DNA of 63,531 bases, counting the filler, from Actinomycetales bacterium (GTDB lineage: Bacteria > Actinomycetota > Actinomycetes > Actinomycetales > CAVURS01): assembly GCA_045807245.1 (NCBI GenBank). It is 6 parts of 6 records of this genome, joined end to end, with 100 filler letters (N's around TTAATTAATTAA, not from the genome) between each part and the next. Parts side by side here need not be neighbours in the genome. Positions count along the whole stretch, not along the records: positions 1 to 31,932 come from JBJMHS010000033.1; positions 32,033 to 38,441 come from JBJMHS010000034.1; positions 38,542 to 47,719 come from JBJMHS010000035.1; 3 more parts are not named here. One strand, written 5' to 3'. Under the pieces are notes generated by a model. It was not told the origin of the DNA, did no database searches, and saw only the letters and a list, made by a program, of their open reading frames with translations. A program made the translations under genes and the position numbers. Shown one piece after another: positions 30,781 to 41,694 of this stretch (position 1 is its first letter; each line of letters starts with the position of its first letter).

Positions 30781-31050
30781 GTGCCGCTCGATGCCGCCGT
30801 CAAGAGCCAGATCATTGCCGAGTACGGCCTCAAAGAGGGCGACACCGGCTCCCCCGAGGTCCAGGTCGCCATGTTGACCCAGCGGATCAAGGACCTCACC
30901 GAGCACCTTCGGGAGCACCAGCACGACCACCACAGCCGTCGTGGGCTGCTCCTGCTGGTCGGCCAGCGCCGGCGCTTGCTGCGCTACCTGTCCGACGTCG
31001 ACATCAACCGGTACCGCTCGCTCATCGAGCGGCTTGGCCTGCGCCGCTGA
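30781..31050 (+). CDS. rpsO: 30S ribosomal protein S15
   Basis: [29 protein letters not shown]. Confidence 0.99.
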   Translation: MPLDAAVKSQIIAEYGLKEGDTGSPEVQVAMLTQRIKDLTEHLREHQHDHHSRRGLLLLVGQRRRLLRYLSDVDINRYRSLIERLGLRR

Positions 31051-31120
31051 CCCCAGCGCCGCACAACGCACACAACTGAACATCCACGAAGGAAGCACCA
31101 GGGACGTCGGCCCACGCCGC

Positions 31121-31193
31121 GCCGGTCCTCGGTAGTGGCCTCCGGGAGCTCGTCCCAGGACCGGCTCCCGTGGGCCTCGATCGAAGACCGGGC
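31121..31193 (+). ncRNA. Long hairpin in the pnp leader (Actino-pnp-type / RNase III site)
   Basis: CCGGTC/GACCGG, TCGGT/ATCGA, GGCC/GGCC, CGGGAGC/GCTCCCG pairings between rpsO and pnp. Confidence 0.7.
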
Positions 31194-31268
31194 ACTCACG
31201 CCGTCGGCGCCGTCGCTCCCGTGAACCAGCCCAGGGCGTAGGAGCCCGGGCCAGAACGGAGGCGACCC

Positions 31269-31932
31269 ATGGAGGGTCCCGAAATCCAGTACGCCGAAAC
31301 TGTCATCGACAACGGCAGCCACGGCACCCACACCGTCCGCTTCGAGACCGGGCGGCTGGCCCGGCAGGCTGCCGGCGCCGCCGTCGCCTACCTCGACGGC
31401 GACACGATGCTGCTGTCGGCGACGACCGCCGGCAAGCACCCGAAGGAACAGTTCGACTTCTTCCCCCTGACCGTCGACGTCGAGGAGAAGATGTACGCCG
31501 CGGGCAAGATCCCCGGCTCGTTCTTCCGCCGCGAGGGCCGGCCGTCGACCGACGCGATCCTGACCTGCCGGTTGATCGACCGGCCGCTGCGCCCCAGCTT
31601 CGTCAAGGGCCTGCGCAACGAGGTACAGGTCGTCATCACGGTCCTCGCCCTCAACCCCGACCACCAGTACGACGTGCTCGCCATCAACGCGGCGTCCATG
31701 TCGACCCAGCTGTCTGGCCTGCCCTTCAGCGGGCCGATCGGCGCCGTACGCGTCGCGCTGATCGACGGCCAGTGGGTCGCGTTCCCGAACTTCAGCCAGG
31801 TGGAGCGTTCGGTCTTCGACATGGTGGTCGCTGGCCGCGTGGTCGGCGGCGAGGGCGATGACGCCGACGTCGCGATCATGATGGTCGAGGCCGAGGCCAC
31901 CGAGTCCGCGTGGGCGCTCATCACCGGTGAGA
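31269..31932 (+). CDS. pnp: Polyribonucleotide nucleotidyltransferase (3' cut by gap)
   Basis: [38 protein letters not shown]. Confidence 0.97.
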
Positions 31933-32032
31933 NNNNNNNNNNNNNNNNNNNNNNNNNNNNNNNNNNNNNNNNNNNNTTAATTAATTAANNNNNNNNNNNN
32001 NNNNNNNNNNNNNNNNNNNNNNNNNNNNNNNN
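31933..32032. other. Artificial contig linker
   Basis: N-run + TTAATTAATTAA + N-run. Confidence 0.97.
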
Positions 32033-32064
32033 CCAGCATCATCGAGCAGATCAAGCACGACTGA
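32033..32064 (+). CDS. dnaX: Probable last codons of DNA pol III gamma/tau
   Basis: SIIEQIKHD* directly upstream of ybaB-recR; rests on synteny only. Confidence 0.45.
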
Positions 32065-32111
32065 CCCACCCAGTGACCCAGCCAGCCAGCACCCGCAGAG
32101 AAGAGACCACG

Positions 32112-32501
32112 ATGACCGAAGGACAGAACCCGTTCGGCGAGGGCGGGTTCGACATGAACGCGATCCTGCAGCAGGCGCAGCAGATGCAGGAGCAGATGAT
32201 GTCCGCGCAGCAGGAGCTCGCCGAGACGACCGTGGAGGGCACGGTCGGCGACGGTCTGGTGAGCGTCACCGTCAGCGGCACCGGCGAGCTGGTCGGCGTG
32301 CGGATCCGCAGGGACTCCTTCGACCCGTCCGACACCGAGGACCTCGAGGACCTCATCGTCGCCGCCTACCGTGACGGCAAGGCCAAGTCCGAGGCCCTCG
32401 CGTCGGAGCGGCTCGGGCCGCTGACCGGCGGACTGGGCGGCGGCCTGGGCGCCTCCGGTGGTGGCGACGACGCCGGTCCCGGGCACCAGCTCGGGTTCTG
32501 A
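32112..32501 (+). CDS. ybaB: YbaB/EbfC nucleoid-associated protein
   Basis: [29 protein letters not shown]. Confidence 0.92.
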   Translation: MTEGQNPFGEGGFDMNAILQQAQQMQEQMMSAQQELAETTVEGTVGDGLVSVTVSGTGELVGVRIRRDSFDPSDTEDLEDLIVAAYRDGKAKSEALASERLGPLTGGLGGGLGASGGGDDAGPGHQLGF

Positions 32502-33100
32502 TGTACGAAGGTGTCGTCCAGGACCTGATCGACGAGCTGGGTCGCCTGCCCGGCGTCGGCCCCAAGAGCGCGCAGCGCATCGCCTTCCACCTGCTGCAGG
32601 CCGACCCGGCCGACGTACGCCGGCTCGCGCAGGTGCTGGTCGAGGTCAAGGACCGGGTGAAGTTCTGTGCGATCTGCTTCAACGTGGCCGAGGAGGACAC
32701 CTGCCGGATCTGCCGGGACCCGCGTCGGGACCCCGGCGTGCTGTGCGTGGTGGAGGAGTCCAAGGACGTCGTCGCGATCGAGCGCACCCGGGAGTACCGC
32801 GGCCGCTACCACGTGCTCGGCGGCGCGATCAGCCCGATCGACGGCATCGGCCCGGACGACCTGCGCATCCGCGAGCTCATGGCCCGGCTCGCCGACGACT
32901 CGGTCACCGAGATCATCCTGGCGACGGACCCCAACACCGAGGGCGAAGCAACTGCGAGCTACCTCGCCCGGCTGCTCAAACCGATGGGCCTGACCGTCAC
33001 TCGGCTCGCGTCGGGACTCCCGGTGGGCGGTGACCTCGAGTACGCCGACGAGGTCACCCTCGGCCGGGCGTTCGAGGGGAGGAGACTGCTCGATGCCTGA
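32501..33100 (+). CDS. recR: Recombination protein RecR
   Basis: [14 protein letters not shown]4 zinc finger, [14 protein letters not shown]. Confidence 0.98.
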   Translation: MYEGVVQDLIDELGRLPGVGPKSAQRIAFHLLQADPADVRRLAQVLVEVKDRVKFCAICFNVAEEDTCRICRDPRRDPGVLCVVEESKDVVAIERTREYRGRYHVLGGAISPIDGIGPDDLRIRELMARLADDSVTEIILATDPNTEGEATASYLARLLKPMGLTVTRLASGLPVGGDLEYADEVTLGRAFEGRRLLDA

Positions 33101-33659
33101 GCTGGACAACGACCTGACCGAGCTGGCCCACGACACCGCTCGGGAGGCCAGGGCCTACCTGGACGCGGTGACTGAGGTCGCGTCGGGGACGAACCCGTCC
33201 ACCGCCCTGTCCGTGCTGTTGCTCGCCGTCTCGCAGGTGCTCGGCGCCGGAGCCAGGCTCGGGGCCATCTCGGACGTCGTACCGGAGTCCCGGTTCGAAC
33301 CCGACCCGGGTCCCGAGCCCGACGTCGACCCCCTCCACGCCAGCCTGGCCAACGCGTTGGAGGGTCTGGACGACTACGGCGAGATCTTCGACCCGATCGT
33401 CCCCGGCGGCGTCGTGCACGGCTCCCTGTCGGGCGACCTGGCCGAGGTGGCATCGGCCCTCGACCACGGGCTGCACCACTACGAGGCCGGCCGCATCGAC
33501 GAGGCGCTGTGGTGGTGGCAGTTCAGCTACCTGTCGTCCTGGGGGCCGCGTGCGGCGAGCGCGCTGCGGGTCGTGCAGTCGATCCTGGGTCACCTGCGCC
33601 TGGATGCGGACGAAGAGGTCGTTGCGGACGCCGAGTTCGACGCATTGAACCTCCCGTAG
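33093..33659 (+). CDS. DUF5063-like protein
   Basis: [15 protein letters not shown]; usual recR-ask position. Confidence 0.8.
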   Translation: MPELDNDLTELAHDTAREARAYLDAVTEVASGTNPSTALSVLLLAVSQVLGAGARLGAISDVVPESRFEPDPGPEPDVDPLHASLANALEGLDDYGEIFDPIVPGGVVHGSLSGDLAEVASALDHGLHHYEAGRIDEALWWWQFSYLSSWGPRAASALRVVQSILGHLRLDADEEVVADAEFDALNLP

Positions 33660-33712
33660 ACTGCACGGGCCGTTCTCGCGACCCGGACGCGGCGCTGCGC
33701 CGGGGTTCGACG

Positions 33713-33758
33713 GCTATCCGACCGCTATCCGACCGCTATCCGACCGCTATCCGACCGC
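33713..33758 (+). repeat. Tandem repeat (GCTATCCGACC)x4
   Basis: Four exact 11-bp copies 33713-33756, then GC and the AAGGAG RBS of ask. Confidence 0.95.
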
Positions 33759-33769
33759 AAGGAGCTGTT

Positions 33770-35065
33770 GTGGGCCTGGTCGTGCAGAAGTACGGCGGCT
33801 CCTCGGTCGCCGACGCGGACTGCATCAAGCGGGTGGCCCAGCGGATCGTGTCGACCCGCAAGGCGGGCCACGACGTGGTCATCGTGATCTCCGCCATGGG
33901 CGACACGACGGACGAGCTGCTCGACCTGGCCCAGCAGGTGTCCCCGATGCCGCCGCCCCGCGAGCTCGACATGCTGCTGACCGCCGGCGAGCGGATGAGT
34001 GCGGCCCTGCTGGCCATGGCCATCGCCAACCTGGGCCATGAGGCTCGTTCCTTCACCGGCAGCCAGGCCGGCGTGATCACGACCTCGAAGCACGGCAACG
34101 CCCGGATCATCGACGTGACCCCGGGGCGAATCATGGAAGCCCTCGGCGAGGGGCACATCGCGATCGTCGCCGGCTTCCAAGGCGTCAGCCAGGACACCAA
34201 GGACATCACCACGATGGGCCGCGGGGCCTCGGACACGACGGCGGTCGCGCTGGCGGCGGCCATGAACGCTGAGGTCTGCGAGATCTACACGGACGTCGAC
34301 GGGGTCTTCACGGCGGACCCGCGCATCGTGCCGTCGGCCCGCCAGATCCCGCGCATCTCGTACGAGGAGATGCTCGAGATGGCCGCCTGTGGCGCGAAGG
34401 TGCTGGCACTGCGCTGCGTCGAGTACGCCCGCCGCTACAACGTGCCGGTGCACGTGCGCTCGTCGTTCTCGCAGGGCGAGGGCACCTGGATCATGGACCT
34501 GCGGGACCTGAACGCTGCGGATTCACTTGGCGCTGAAGGAGATTCGATGGAGCAAGCGATCATCTCGGGCATTGCGCACGACCGCAGTGAGGCCAAGATC
34601 ACGGTCGTCGGCGTACCCGACAAGATCGGCGAGGCGGCCCGCATCTTCCAGGCCGTGGCGGAGGCCGAGATCAACATCGACATGATCGTCCAGAACGTCA
34701 GCGCGGTGGCGACTGGGCTCACCGACATCTCGTTCACCCTGCCCCGTTCGGACGGGCAGGTGGCGATCCGCACGCTCGAGCGGATCAAGAACACGGTCGG
34801 GTTCGAGTCGCTGCAGTACGACGACCAGATCGGCAAGGTCTCGGTGGTCGGCGTGGGGATGCGCAGTCACCCCGGCGTCTCGGCCAAGTTCTTCACGGCC
34901 CTGGCGTCGGCCGGGGTCAACCTGGAGATGATCTCGACATCCGAGATCCGAATCTCGGTGGTCGTCGAGCAGGACTACGTCGACGCTGCTGTCCAGGCCG
35001 CGCACACCGCGTTCGGCCTGGACGGTGACGGCCAAGCCGTCGTGTACGGAGGGACCGGCCGATGA
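33770..35065 (+). CDS. ask: Aspartate kinase (alpha/beta type)
   Basis: [23 protein letters not shown], internal GAAGGAG-MEQAII beta start, ISTSEIR. Confidence 0.97.
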   Translation: MGLVVQKYGGSSVADADCIKRVAQRIVSTRKAGHDVVIVISAMGDTTDELLDLAQQVSPMPPPRELDMLLTAGERMSAALLAMAIANLGHEARSFTGSQAGVITTSKHGNARIIDVTPGRIMEALGEGHIAIVAGFQGVSQDTKDITTMGRGASDTTAVALAAAMNAEVCEIYTDVDGVFTADPRIVPSARQIPRISYEEMLEMAACGAKVLALRCVEYARRYNVPVHVRSSFSQGEGTWIMDLRDLNAADSLGAEGDSMEQAIISGIAHDRSEAKITVVGVPDKIGEAARIFQAVAEAEINIDMIVQNVSAVATGLTDISFTLPRSDGQVAIRTLERIKNTVGFESLQYDDQIGKVSVVGVGMRSHPGVSAKFFTALASAGVNLEMISTSEIRISVVVEQDYVDAAVQAAHTAFGLDGDGQAVVYGGTGR

Positions 35066-36171
35066 CGGCGGAGCAGTCGCAGGCACGCGCAGGCCGGCCC
35101 ACCCTTGCGGTAGTCGGAGCGACCGGCGCCGTCGGCACGGTGATGCTCTCGATCCTGTCCACGCGCGAGGACGTGTGGGGTGAGATCCGTCTGATCGCGT
35201 CCCAGCGGTCGGCCGGCACGGTGCTCCACGTCCGCGGCGAGGAGGTCGTCGTGCAGGCGCTCGCGCCCGACGTGTTCGACGGCGTCGACGTCGCGATGTT
35301 CGACGTACCCGACGAGGTGTCGGCCGAGTGGGCGCCGATCGCCGCGGCGCGCGGTGCCGTCGTCGTCGACAACTCCGGCGCCTTCCGGATGGACCCCGAG
35401 GTCCCGCTGGTTGTACCCGAGGTCAACCCGGCCCAGGTCGCGAACCGGCCGAAGGGGATCATCGCGAACCCCAACTGCACGACGCTCACGATGATGGATG
35501 CGCTCGGCGCGCTGCACTCGCGCTGGCGGCTCACCGAGCTGGTCGTCGCGTCGTACCAAGCGGCCTCCGGCGCGGGCCAGCCCGGCGTCGACCGTCTGTA
35601 CGACGAGCTCGAGGTCGTGGGCGGCGACCGCACACTCGGCCAGCAGCCCGGCGACGTACGGCGCGTGCTCGCCGACAAGCTGGGCGAGGACTCGGTCTCT
35701 CCGTTCGGGGCGCCGCTGGCGATGAACGTCGTGCCGTACGTCGGGTCGCGCCGCGAGGCCGGCTGGACCAGCGAGGAGCTCAAGGTCCGCAACGAGTCGC
35801 GCAAGATCCTCGGCATCCCGGATCTCAAGGTCTCGGCCACCTGCGTGCGCGTGCCGGTCATGACGACGCACTCGTTGGCGGTGCACGCGGTGTTCGCCGA
35901 GCCGGTCGACGTGGCCGAAGCGCGCCAGGTGCTGGTCGAGGCGCCGTCCGTCGTGGTCGTCGACGACCCGGACGCACCGGGCGGCCCGGAGTTCCCGACG
36001 CCCGCCGACGTGGTCGGGTCGGACCCGACGTTCGTCGGTCGTATCCGGCAGGCGCTGGACTTCCCGAACACGCTCGAGCTGTTCGTGTGCGGCGACAACC
36101 TCCGCAAGGGGGCGGCGCTCAACACGGCTCAGATCGCCGAGCTCGTGGCAGCGGAGCTGTCGGCTCGATAG
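35062..36171 (+). CDS. asd: Aspartate-semialdehyde dehydrogenase
   Basis: [34 protein letters not shown]. Confidence 0.97.
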   Translation: MTAEQSQARAGRPTLAVVGATGAVGTVMLSILSTREDVWGEIRLIASQRSAGTVLHVRGEEVVVQALAPDVFDGVDVAMFDVPDEVSAEWAPIAAARGAVVVDNSGAFRMDPEVPLVVPEVNPAQVANRPKGIIANPNCTTLTMMDALGALHSRWRLTELVVASYQAASGAGQPGVDRLYDELEVVGGDRTLGQQPGDVRRVLADKLGEDSVSPFGAPLAMNVVPYVGSRREAGWTSEELKVRNESRKILGIPDLKVSATCVRVPVMTTHSLAVHAVFAEPVDVAEARQVLVEAPSVVVVDDPDAPGGPEFPTPADVVGSDPTFVGRIRQALDFPNTLELFVCGDNLRKGAALNTAQIAELVAAELSAR

Positions 36172-36634
36172 CCCACGGCGGCGGGCCGGGCGGCGGCCCG
36201 CTGAGCACCCGGCGGTAGCTCCACCGCGGCTGGTTCCGCCACATCAGGATCTGCGTCTGCCCGGGCCACCAGCTGTGCGGCTCGGACAGGCGGTAGGGCT
36301 CCAGGTGCGCCGGCAGCCGGCGCCCCGCCTCGTCTCGCGCGTACTCACCCGCCATCCGCGTCGGCTCCGCGGCGCCGGGCACCAGCAGCCGCGCCCCGAC
36401 TGACCCCAGGGCGGTGACCACCCACGACAGCCGGGGGTCGTAGCTACCGCTTTCGAGCCGTGCGATCGCTGACTGAGGAAGGCTCGCGCGTTCCGCCAGC
36501 GCGCGCTGGCTGAGGCCGAGCTGAGCTCGATGCGAGCGCAGTGTGGACCCGATCGCCATGAGCAGTGCGTGCTGCGCGTCGCGCGAGTGCACACGAATGC
36601 CGTCGATGTCCGGGCTTCGCGCGTCCTGGTCCAT
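36119..36634 (-). CDS. XRE-type HTH protein with C-terminal [12 protein letters not shown] motif
   Basis: [25 protein letters not shown]; 3' end overlaps asd by 53 nt. Confidence 0.7.
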   Translation of the reverse strand: MDQDARSPDIDGIRVHSRDAQHALLMAIGSTLRSHRAQLGLSQRALAERASLPQSAIARLESGSYDPRLSWVVTALGSVGARLLVPGAAEPTRMAGEYARDEAGRRLPAHLEPYRLSEPHSWWPGQTQILMWRNQPRWSYRRVLSGPPPGPPPWAIEPTAPLPRARRSEPC

Positions 36635-36763
36635 GCGGCCGAGGCTCGTGATCGCTGCCGACGATCTCGGGTCCGACACCGTCGCGCTGTGGATGATGAG
36701 ACAGCTGACGACATCTTGTGGAAAACCAGGCGGGCCCCCGGGCAACGACCCACCGTTCATATG

Positions 36764-36910
36764 GCTCTGCTGTGAGTCGGCGTCGGCTCAGAGCGGACTG
36801 CTCTGGTTGTAGACGACTCACTCTGCTGTGAGTCCAGTCGGGTTCACAGCAGAGCGCGCCGTCAATGGAGGCGAACCTGCCCTGACCCCAGGCGGAATCA
36901 CAACAGAGCG
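36764..36910. repeat. Nested direct/inverted REP-like repeats
   Basis: CTCTGCTGTGAGTC at 36765 and 36821; complements TTCACAGCAGAG (36843) and TCACAACAGAGC (36898). Confidence 0.7.
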
Positions 36911-37016
36911 AGTGAAGAGAAGTGGTTGGTCCGAGCGAGCGGACCCGCGCAAATCGCTGTCGCGCCTGGGGGTCCGTCCCAGTGGAGCGAACGATGACTG
37001 AGGGAGGTGCGTGGCA

Positions 37017-37443
37017 ATGCGAGTGATCGTCAAGGAATGGGAGCGCGTCGTGCTGCTGCGCGACGGCCGGGTCGACCGGGTGCTCGAGCCGGGCAGGCAT
37101 CGGGTGCGGGCGCGCGGTGTCGAGCTGCAGCGCATGGACGTCCGTGAGCGGCAGTACGTCGTGCCCGGCCAGGAGATCCTGACCGCGGACAGCATCGTCG
37201 TGAAGGTCTCCGCCATCGTGGTGTGGCGCGTCGAGCGGCCGACGGCGTTCCTCACGGTGGCCGAGGCGCCGGTGGGCCGGATGCACACGGCGGTCCAGCA
37301 CGTGCTTCGGGAGCGGGTGGCCAACCGCTCGCTCGACGAGCTCGATCACGATGCGCGACCTGATGCTGCCGGCGGATGTACGCCGCGCGGTCAACGAGGT
37401 GCTGCTCGCCGGGAGCGCGGCCGCGCCGACCAACGCAGGCTGA
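37017..37443 (+). pseudogene. SPFH/band-7 (slipin-like) gene, deleted and frameshifted
   Basis: VLEPGRH, GQEILTAD in the first frame; MRDLMLPADVRRAVNEVLLA continues in another frame from about 37345; C-terminus missing. Confidence 0.65.
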
Positions 37444-37452
37444 GCCGCGCCG

Positions 37453-38441
37453 TCAGACCGGCAGGTGTCGGGCGAGGAAGTCCAGCTCGATCCCGAGCTG
37501 ACGGACCCGCTCGTCGTCCACCATCGAGCCGTGCCCCGCGTCGAAGCGGTAGACCTCGTGGGGCACGGCTCGTTCGGTCAGCCGGGCCAGGTAGTTGTCG
37601 ATCTGGCGGATCGGGCAGCGTGGGTCGTTCTCGCCGGCCAACACGAGCAGCGGCGCCCGCACCGCCTCGACGTACGTGATCGGCGAGGAGTCCGCGTACC
37701 GGTCCGGTACCTCCTCGGGTGAGCCGCCGAACAGCGCCCGGTCGAACCCCTTGAGCGCCTCCATCTCGTCCTCGTACGCCGCCAGGTAGTCCGCGACCGG
37801 CACCCCGGCTACTCCGGCTGTCCAGGTTTCCGGCTGCGAGCCGAGCGCTAGCAGAGTCAGGTACCCGCCCCAGGACGAACCGCTGATCGCCACGCGGTTG
37901 TCGTCCACGATCCCGGCCTCCACCAGATGGTCGCGGACCGCTCGGACGTCGGCCAGCTCGGTGTGCCCGATGCGCTCGCTGATCGCGTCGCGCCAGCGCG
38001 TCCCGTAGCCCGTCGACCCGCGGTAGTTGACGTTCACGACGGCATAGCCCTGGTCGACGTACGCGCTGGAGTAGCTCGTGAACGAGTCCGCGTCGTGCCA
38101 CTCCGGCCCACCGTGGACCTCGAAGACCGTCGGGAGCGGTGCCTGCCCGCCAGCCGGCAGCCGCAACAAGGCATGGATGCGCCCGCCCGGCCCCTCGGCC
38201 CAAACATCTTGCACGGCAACGGATCCCGGTGCTCGCGGGCCCGGTGGCGCGAGGACGACGCTCCCCGCGTCGTCCCGGACGGCGGGCGGCTCCGCGGCCG
38301 AGGACCAGCTGAACCACACCCGCCCGTCCGGGCGGACGCCCGAGCCGGACACCGTGCCGTTCGACGGCCCGACCGGCTCGGTCGTGCCGTCGCCGAGGTC
38401 GAGCCGCCACAGCCGGGTGCGCGCCTCGTGGTCGAGGGCCA
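37453..38441 (-). CDS. S9 prolyl oligopeptidase family serine peptidase (5' cut by gap)
   Basis: VHGGP, NYRGSTGYG, GSSWGG, NDPRCP, AGHG. Confidence 0.92.
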
Positions 38442-38541
38442 NNNNNNNNNNNNNNNNNNNNNNNNNNNNNNNNNNNNNNNNNNNNTTAATTAATTAANNN
38501 NNNNNNNNNNNNNNNNNNNNNNNNNNNNNNNNNNNNNNNNN
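38442..38541. other. Artificial contig linker
   Basis: N-run + TTAATTAATTAA. Confidence 0.97.
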
Positions 38542-39072
38542 CCGCTCGCGCACGGCGAAGGCGACCTCACAGCACTCGGCCAGTCCTGCGCCCGGTCCCG
38601 GGTCCAGGTCGACGACGAGCCGGTCGGGCTTGCGGACGGCACCCCGGGCGCCCACCGTCCACTGCGGGATGTGCAGCTCGAGCGCGGCCAGGTTGGCCAG
38701 CCAGATGAGCGTGGGCAGGTCGTCGACGAACGGGAACACGATGTGCTCGTGACTGCCGCCCTGCTGCCCGGTGGCCTCGACGTCCTGGGTACGGACCCAG
38801 GACGGCGTGCCCTGCGGCGTGTTCTTCTCGAAGAACGGCGTGGACTCGACGCCGTTCGGCCAGCGCTTGCGGGTGACCGGCCGTTCGCCGAGGTGCGGTA
38901 GCAGGACGGGCGCGATGCGGGCGTAGTAGTCGATCACCTCGCCCTTCGTCGTCCGGCTCTCGGGGTAGAGCACCTTGTCGAGGTTGCTCAGCGACAGCCG
39001 GCGCCCCCCGACCTCCACGGTCTGCTTGCCGGCCGCACTGCTCGGGGAACTGCTCGGCGAGCTGCTGGGCAT
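38542..39072 (-). CDS. ligD: LigD primase-polymerase domain protein (3' cut by gap)
   Basis: LSNLDKVLYP, RWPNGV, FFEKN, ALELH, DLDPG. Confidence 0.9.
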
Positions 39073-39074
39073 CC

Positions 39075-40052
39075 TCACTCCCACCTGACGTCGGCCGGGG
39101 CCAGGTCACGGCGCAGCCCCCGGTAGGTCGGCGCCCGCAGCCGGCTGGCCTCGGTCCGGCCGAGGTACTCCACCTCGACGACCACCTGCGGCTCGGTCCA
39201 GTGGCTGCCCTGCGCGTCCAGCCGGGGCAGGTCGCCGGCGAACGGTGCCGTCGGCCGGGCCAGCGGCCGCAGCAGCTCGGTCAGCGTGGCGGCGGACTTG
39301 CCGCTGATCCCGCTCCCGACCCGTCCCACGTAGTCCAGCGTCCAGTCCTGGCCGCCGCGCGGCACGCCGACCAGCAGCGCGCCGAGCCGCTGGTCCGACC
39401 CGACCTCGGGGCGCCAGCCCCCGACGAGGCAGGACTGCACCCGGCGGTTGGCGACCTTGACCCAGTCCTGGCTGCGCTCACCGGGCTGGTAGCTCGAGGT
39501 ACGGCGTTTGCTCACCACCCCTTCCAGCCCTTGCTCGCGCGTCGCGGCCAGCAACGCCGAACCGTCGTCGTACGCCGGTGGCACCTGCCAGTGCGGCCCG
39601 TCCAGCGCCAGCCGCTCGAGAGTCGCGCGGCGGTCCTCGAGCGGCCGGTCGAGCAGGTCGACGCCGTACAGCCGCAGGACGTCGAAGACCATGAAGACGA
39701 CCGGTCGCGTCGCACTAAGCCGCTGCGCGCGGCGGCGGTCCTGCACATGCATGCGTTCGGCGAGGGCCTGGAACGACGGCCGGCCGTCCGACATCACGAC
39801 GACCTCGCCGTCGAGCAGCGCATCGGGGAGCAGCTCGGCCAGCCCGGCCAGCTCGGGGAACGTGACGGTCACGTCGGACTCGCTGCGAGCGCTGAGCCGC
39901 ACTCGACCGTCATGGATGTCGGCGAGGATGCGCATGCCGTCCCATTTCACCTCGTGCAGCCACTCCGGGCCCGTCGGCGGTGCGGCTGCCGCTGACGGCG
40001 CTGTGTCACCTGTGCGCACCCTGGGTGTCGCGCTGGCGAGCATGGGCCGCAT
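39075..40052 (-). CDS. ligD: ATP-dependent DNA ligase (LigD ligase domain, stand-alone)
   Basis: HEVKWDGMR, LDGEVV, FDVL, EGVVSKR, YVGRVGSG. Confidence 0.9.
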   Translation of the reverse strand: MRPMLASATPRVRTGDTAPSAAAAPPTGPEWLHEVKWDGMRILADIHDGRVRLSARSESDVTVTFPELAGLAELLPDALLDGEVVVMSDGRPSFQALAERMHVQDRRRAQRLSATRPVVFMVFDVLRLYGVDLLDRPLEDRRATLERLALDGPHWQVPPAYDDGSALLAATREQGLEGVVSKRRTSSYQPGERSQDWVKVANRRVQSCLVGGWRPEVGSDQRLGALLVGVPRGGQDWTLDYVGRVGSGISGKSAATLTELLRPLARPTAPFAGDLPRLDAQGSHWTEPQVVVEVEYLGRTEASRLRAPTYRGLRRDLAPADVRWE

Positions 40053-40133
40053 GGGTACATCCTGCCGTGGAGGCGTGAGCTGTGATCGGCTGAACTTCCC
40101 CCAGCCGGCCGGACCGCGCGGAGAGGCTTTGAC

Positions 40134-41117
40134 ATGCGGGCGATCTGGAAGGGCGCGGTGTCCTTCGGGTTGGTGAACGTGCCAGTGAAGATGTACACGG
40201 CGACGGAGAGCCACGACCTGTCGTTCCATCAGGTGCACCGGACCGACGGCGGGCGGATCCGCTACAAGCGGGTCTGTGACGTGTGCGGCGAGATGGTGTC
40301 CTACGACGACATCGCGAAGGGCTACGAGTCCGAGGACGGGCAGCTCGTCATCCTCACCGACGAGGACCTGGCCGAGCTGCCGGTGTCGAGCAGCCGCGAG
40401 ATCGGCGTCGAGAAGTTCGTGCCCTCGGACCAGATCGACCCGATGTGGATGGAGCGCAGCTACTACCTCGAGCCGGAGAAGAACGGGCAGAAGCCGTATG
40501 CCCTCTTGCGCGACGCGCTGCGCGAGGCGGACCGCATGGCGCTCGTGACAGTTTCCGTCCGGCAACGATCCACGATGGCGGTGCTGCGGGTGCGTGACGA
40601 CGTCATCGTGCTGCAGACGCTGCTGTGGCCGGACGAGATCCGCACGCCCGACTTCGCCGGCCTCGATGGCGACGAGTCGGCGCGGCCCCAGGAGCTGGCG
40701 ATGGCGGCCTCGCTGGTCGAGAGCCTGTCCGGTGACTACGACCCGGACGAGTTCAACGACGAGTACCGCGACGAGATGGAGCGGCTCGTGGAGGCCAAGC
40801 TGGGCGGCCAGGCGGTGCCCGTCCCGCAGCCGAAGGTGGACGAGGGAGGCGGCAAGGTCGTCGACCTGCTGTCGGCGTTGCAGATGAGCGTCGAGCGGGC
40901 CCGTACGGCGCGCGGCGAGGACGCTCCTGCGGCGAAGGCGGCGACCAAGAAGGCCGCATCGAAGTCCGCGGCCAAGGGCACGGCGAAAGGCACGGCGAAG
41001 AAGGCTCCGGCCAAGACTGCGGCGAAGGCGCCCGCCAAGAAGGCAGCTGCGAAGAAGGCCACCGCCAAGAGCACCACGAGGACCACCACCAAGAAGGCCG
41101 CCCGCAAGAGCGCCTAG
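40134..41117 (+). CDS. ku: NHEJ protein Ku with Lys/Ala-rich tail
   Basis: MRAIWKGAVSFGLVNVPVK, SYYLEP, WPDEIR. Confidence 0.96.
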   Translation: MRAIWKGAVSFGLVNVPVKMYTATESHDLSFHQVHRTDGGRIRYKRVCDVCGEMVSYDDIAKGYESEDGQLVILTDEDLAELPVSSSREIGVEKFVPSDQIDPMWMERSYYLEPEKNGQKPYALLRDALREADRMALVTVSVRQRSTMAVLRVRDDVIVLQTLLWPDEIRTPDFAGLDGDESARPQELAMAASLVESLSGDYDPDEFNDEYRDEMERLVEAKLGGQAVPVPQPKVDEGGGKVVDLLSALQMSVERARTARGEDAPAAKAATKKAASKSAAKGTAKGTAKKAPAKTAAKAPAKKAAAKKATAKSTTRTTTKKAARKSA

Positions 41118-41672
41118 CTAGTCCGCGCCTCGCCGCTGGCCACGATCGCTCGAGGCGATCCCGGTCAGCAGCGCGAACGCTCCCGAGGCGACGACGAGGC
41201 TCGTGGCGGTGGACGCCGTGACGGCACGCAGCACCAGCGATCCATCCTGGGCCAGGTCGAACATCGCGACCAGGATGACGGCCGCGAGCGGCAGGGCGGC
41301 CTTGTCGCCGAAGCCGATCGAGCAGGCCAGCGCGACGGCCTGGAGGATGCCGAACCAGGTGACCAGCTGCGTGCGGCCGTACGGCGGTGCCACGCCGAGC
41401 GCCACGAGGACGTTCGCCGCGCTACACCCGGCGACGAGCCCTAGCCGGTACGGCCACAACCTGCGAACGGACATGGCCTCCCACGACGCGGCCTGCGACC
41501 GGCTCACCAGGACGGTGGTGACCGCCGCCACCGCCGGCCAGATGAGTGGTGAGGGAACGGCCCGCTGCCCGAAGGGGAGTGCGACCGCCGGACCGGCCAG
41601 TGCAAGGTAGAGCCATCCGGCGAGGCTGAAGGACGCCGCCGCCAGGGCTCCGCGCACCTTCAGGAACGCCAT
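41118..41672 (-). CDS. Hypothetical multi-pass membrane protein
   Basis: About 6 hydrophobic segments; GGGAGG upstream; last gene of the cassette. Confidence 0.6.
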   Translation of the reverse strand: MAFLKVRGALAAASFSLAGWLYLALAGPAVALPFGQRAVPSPLIWPAVAAVTTVLVSRSQAASWEAMSVRRLWPYRLGLVAGCSAANVLVALGVAPPYGRTQLVTWFGILQAVALACSIGFGDKAALPLAAVILVAMFDLAQDGSLVLRAVTASTATSLVVASGAFALLTGIASSDRGQRRGAD

Positions 41673-41694
41673 CAGCGGCGTGCCCTCCCGATCT

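Noticed and set aside
33713..33758. CRISPR-like appearance of the repeat
   Set aside because: 11-bp units with no spacers, and no cas genes anywhere in the window.
40920..41117. Histone-like AKK repeats
   Set aside because: Known basic C-terminal tail of bacterial Ku.
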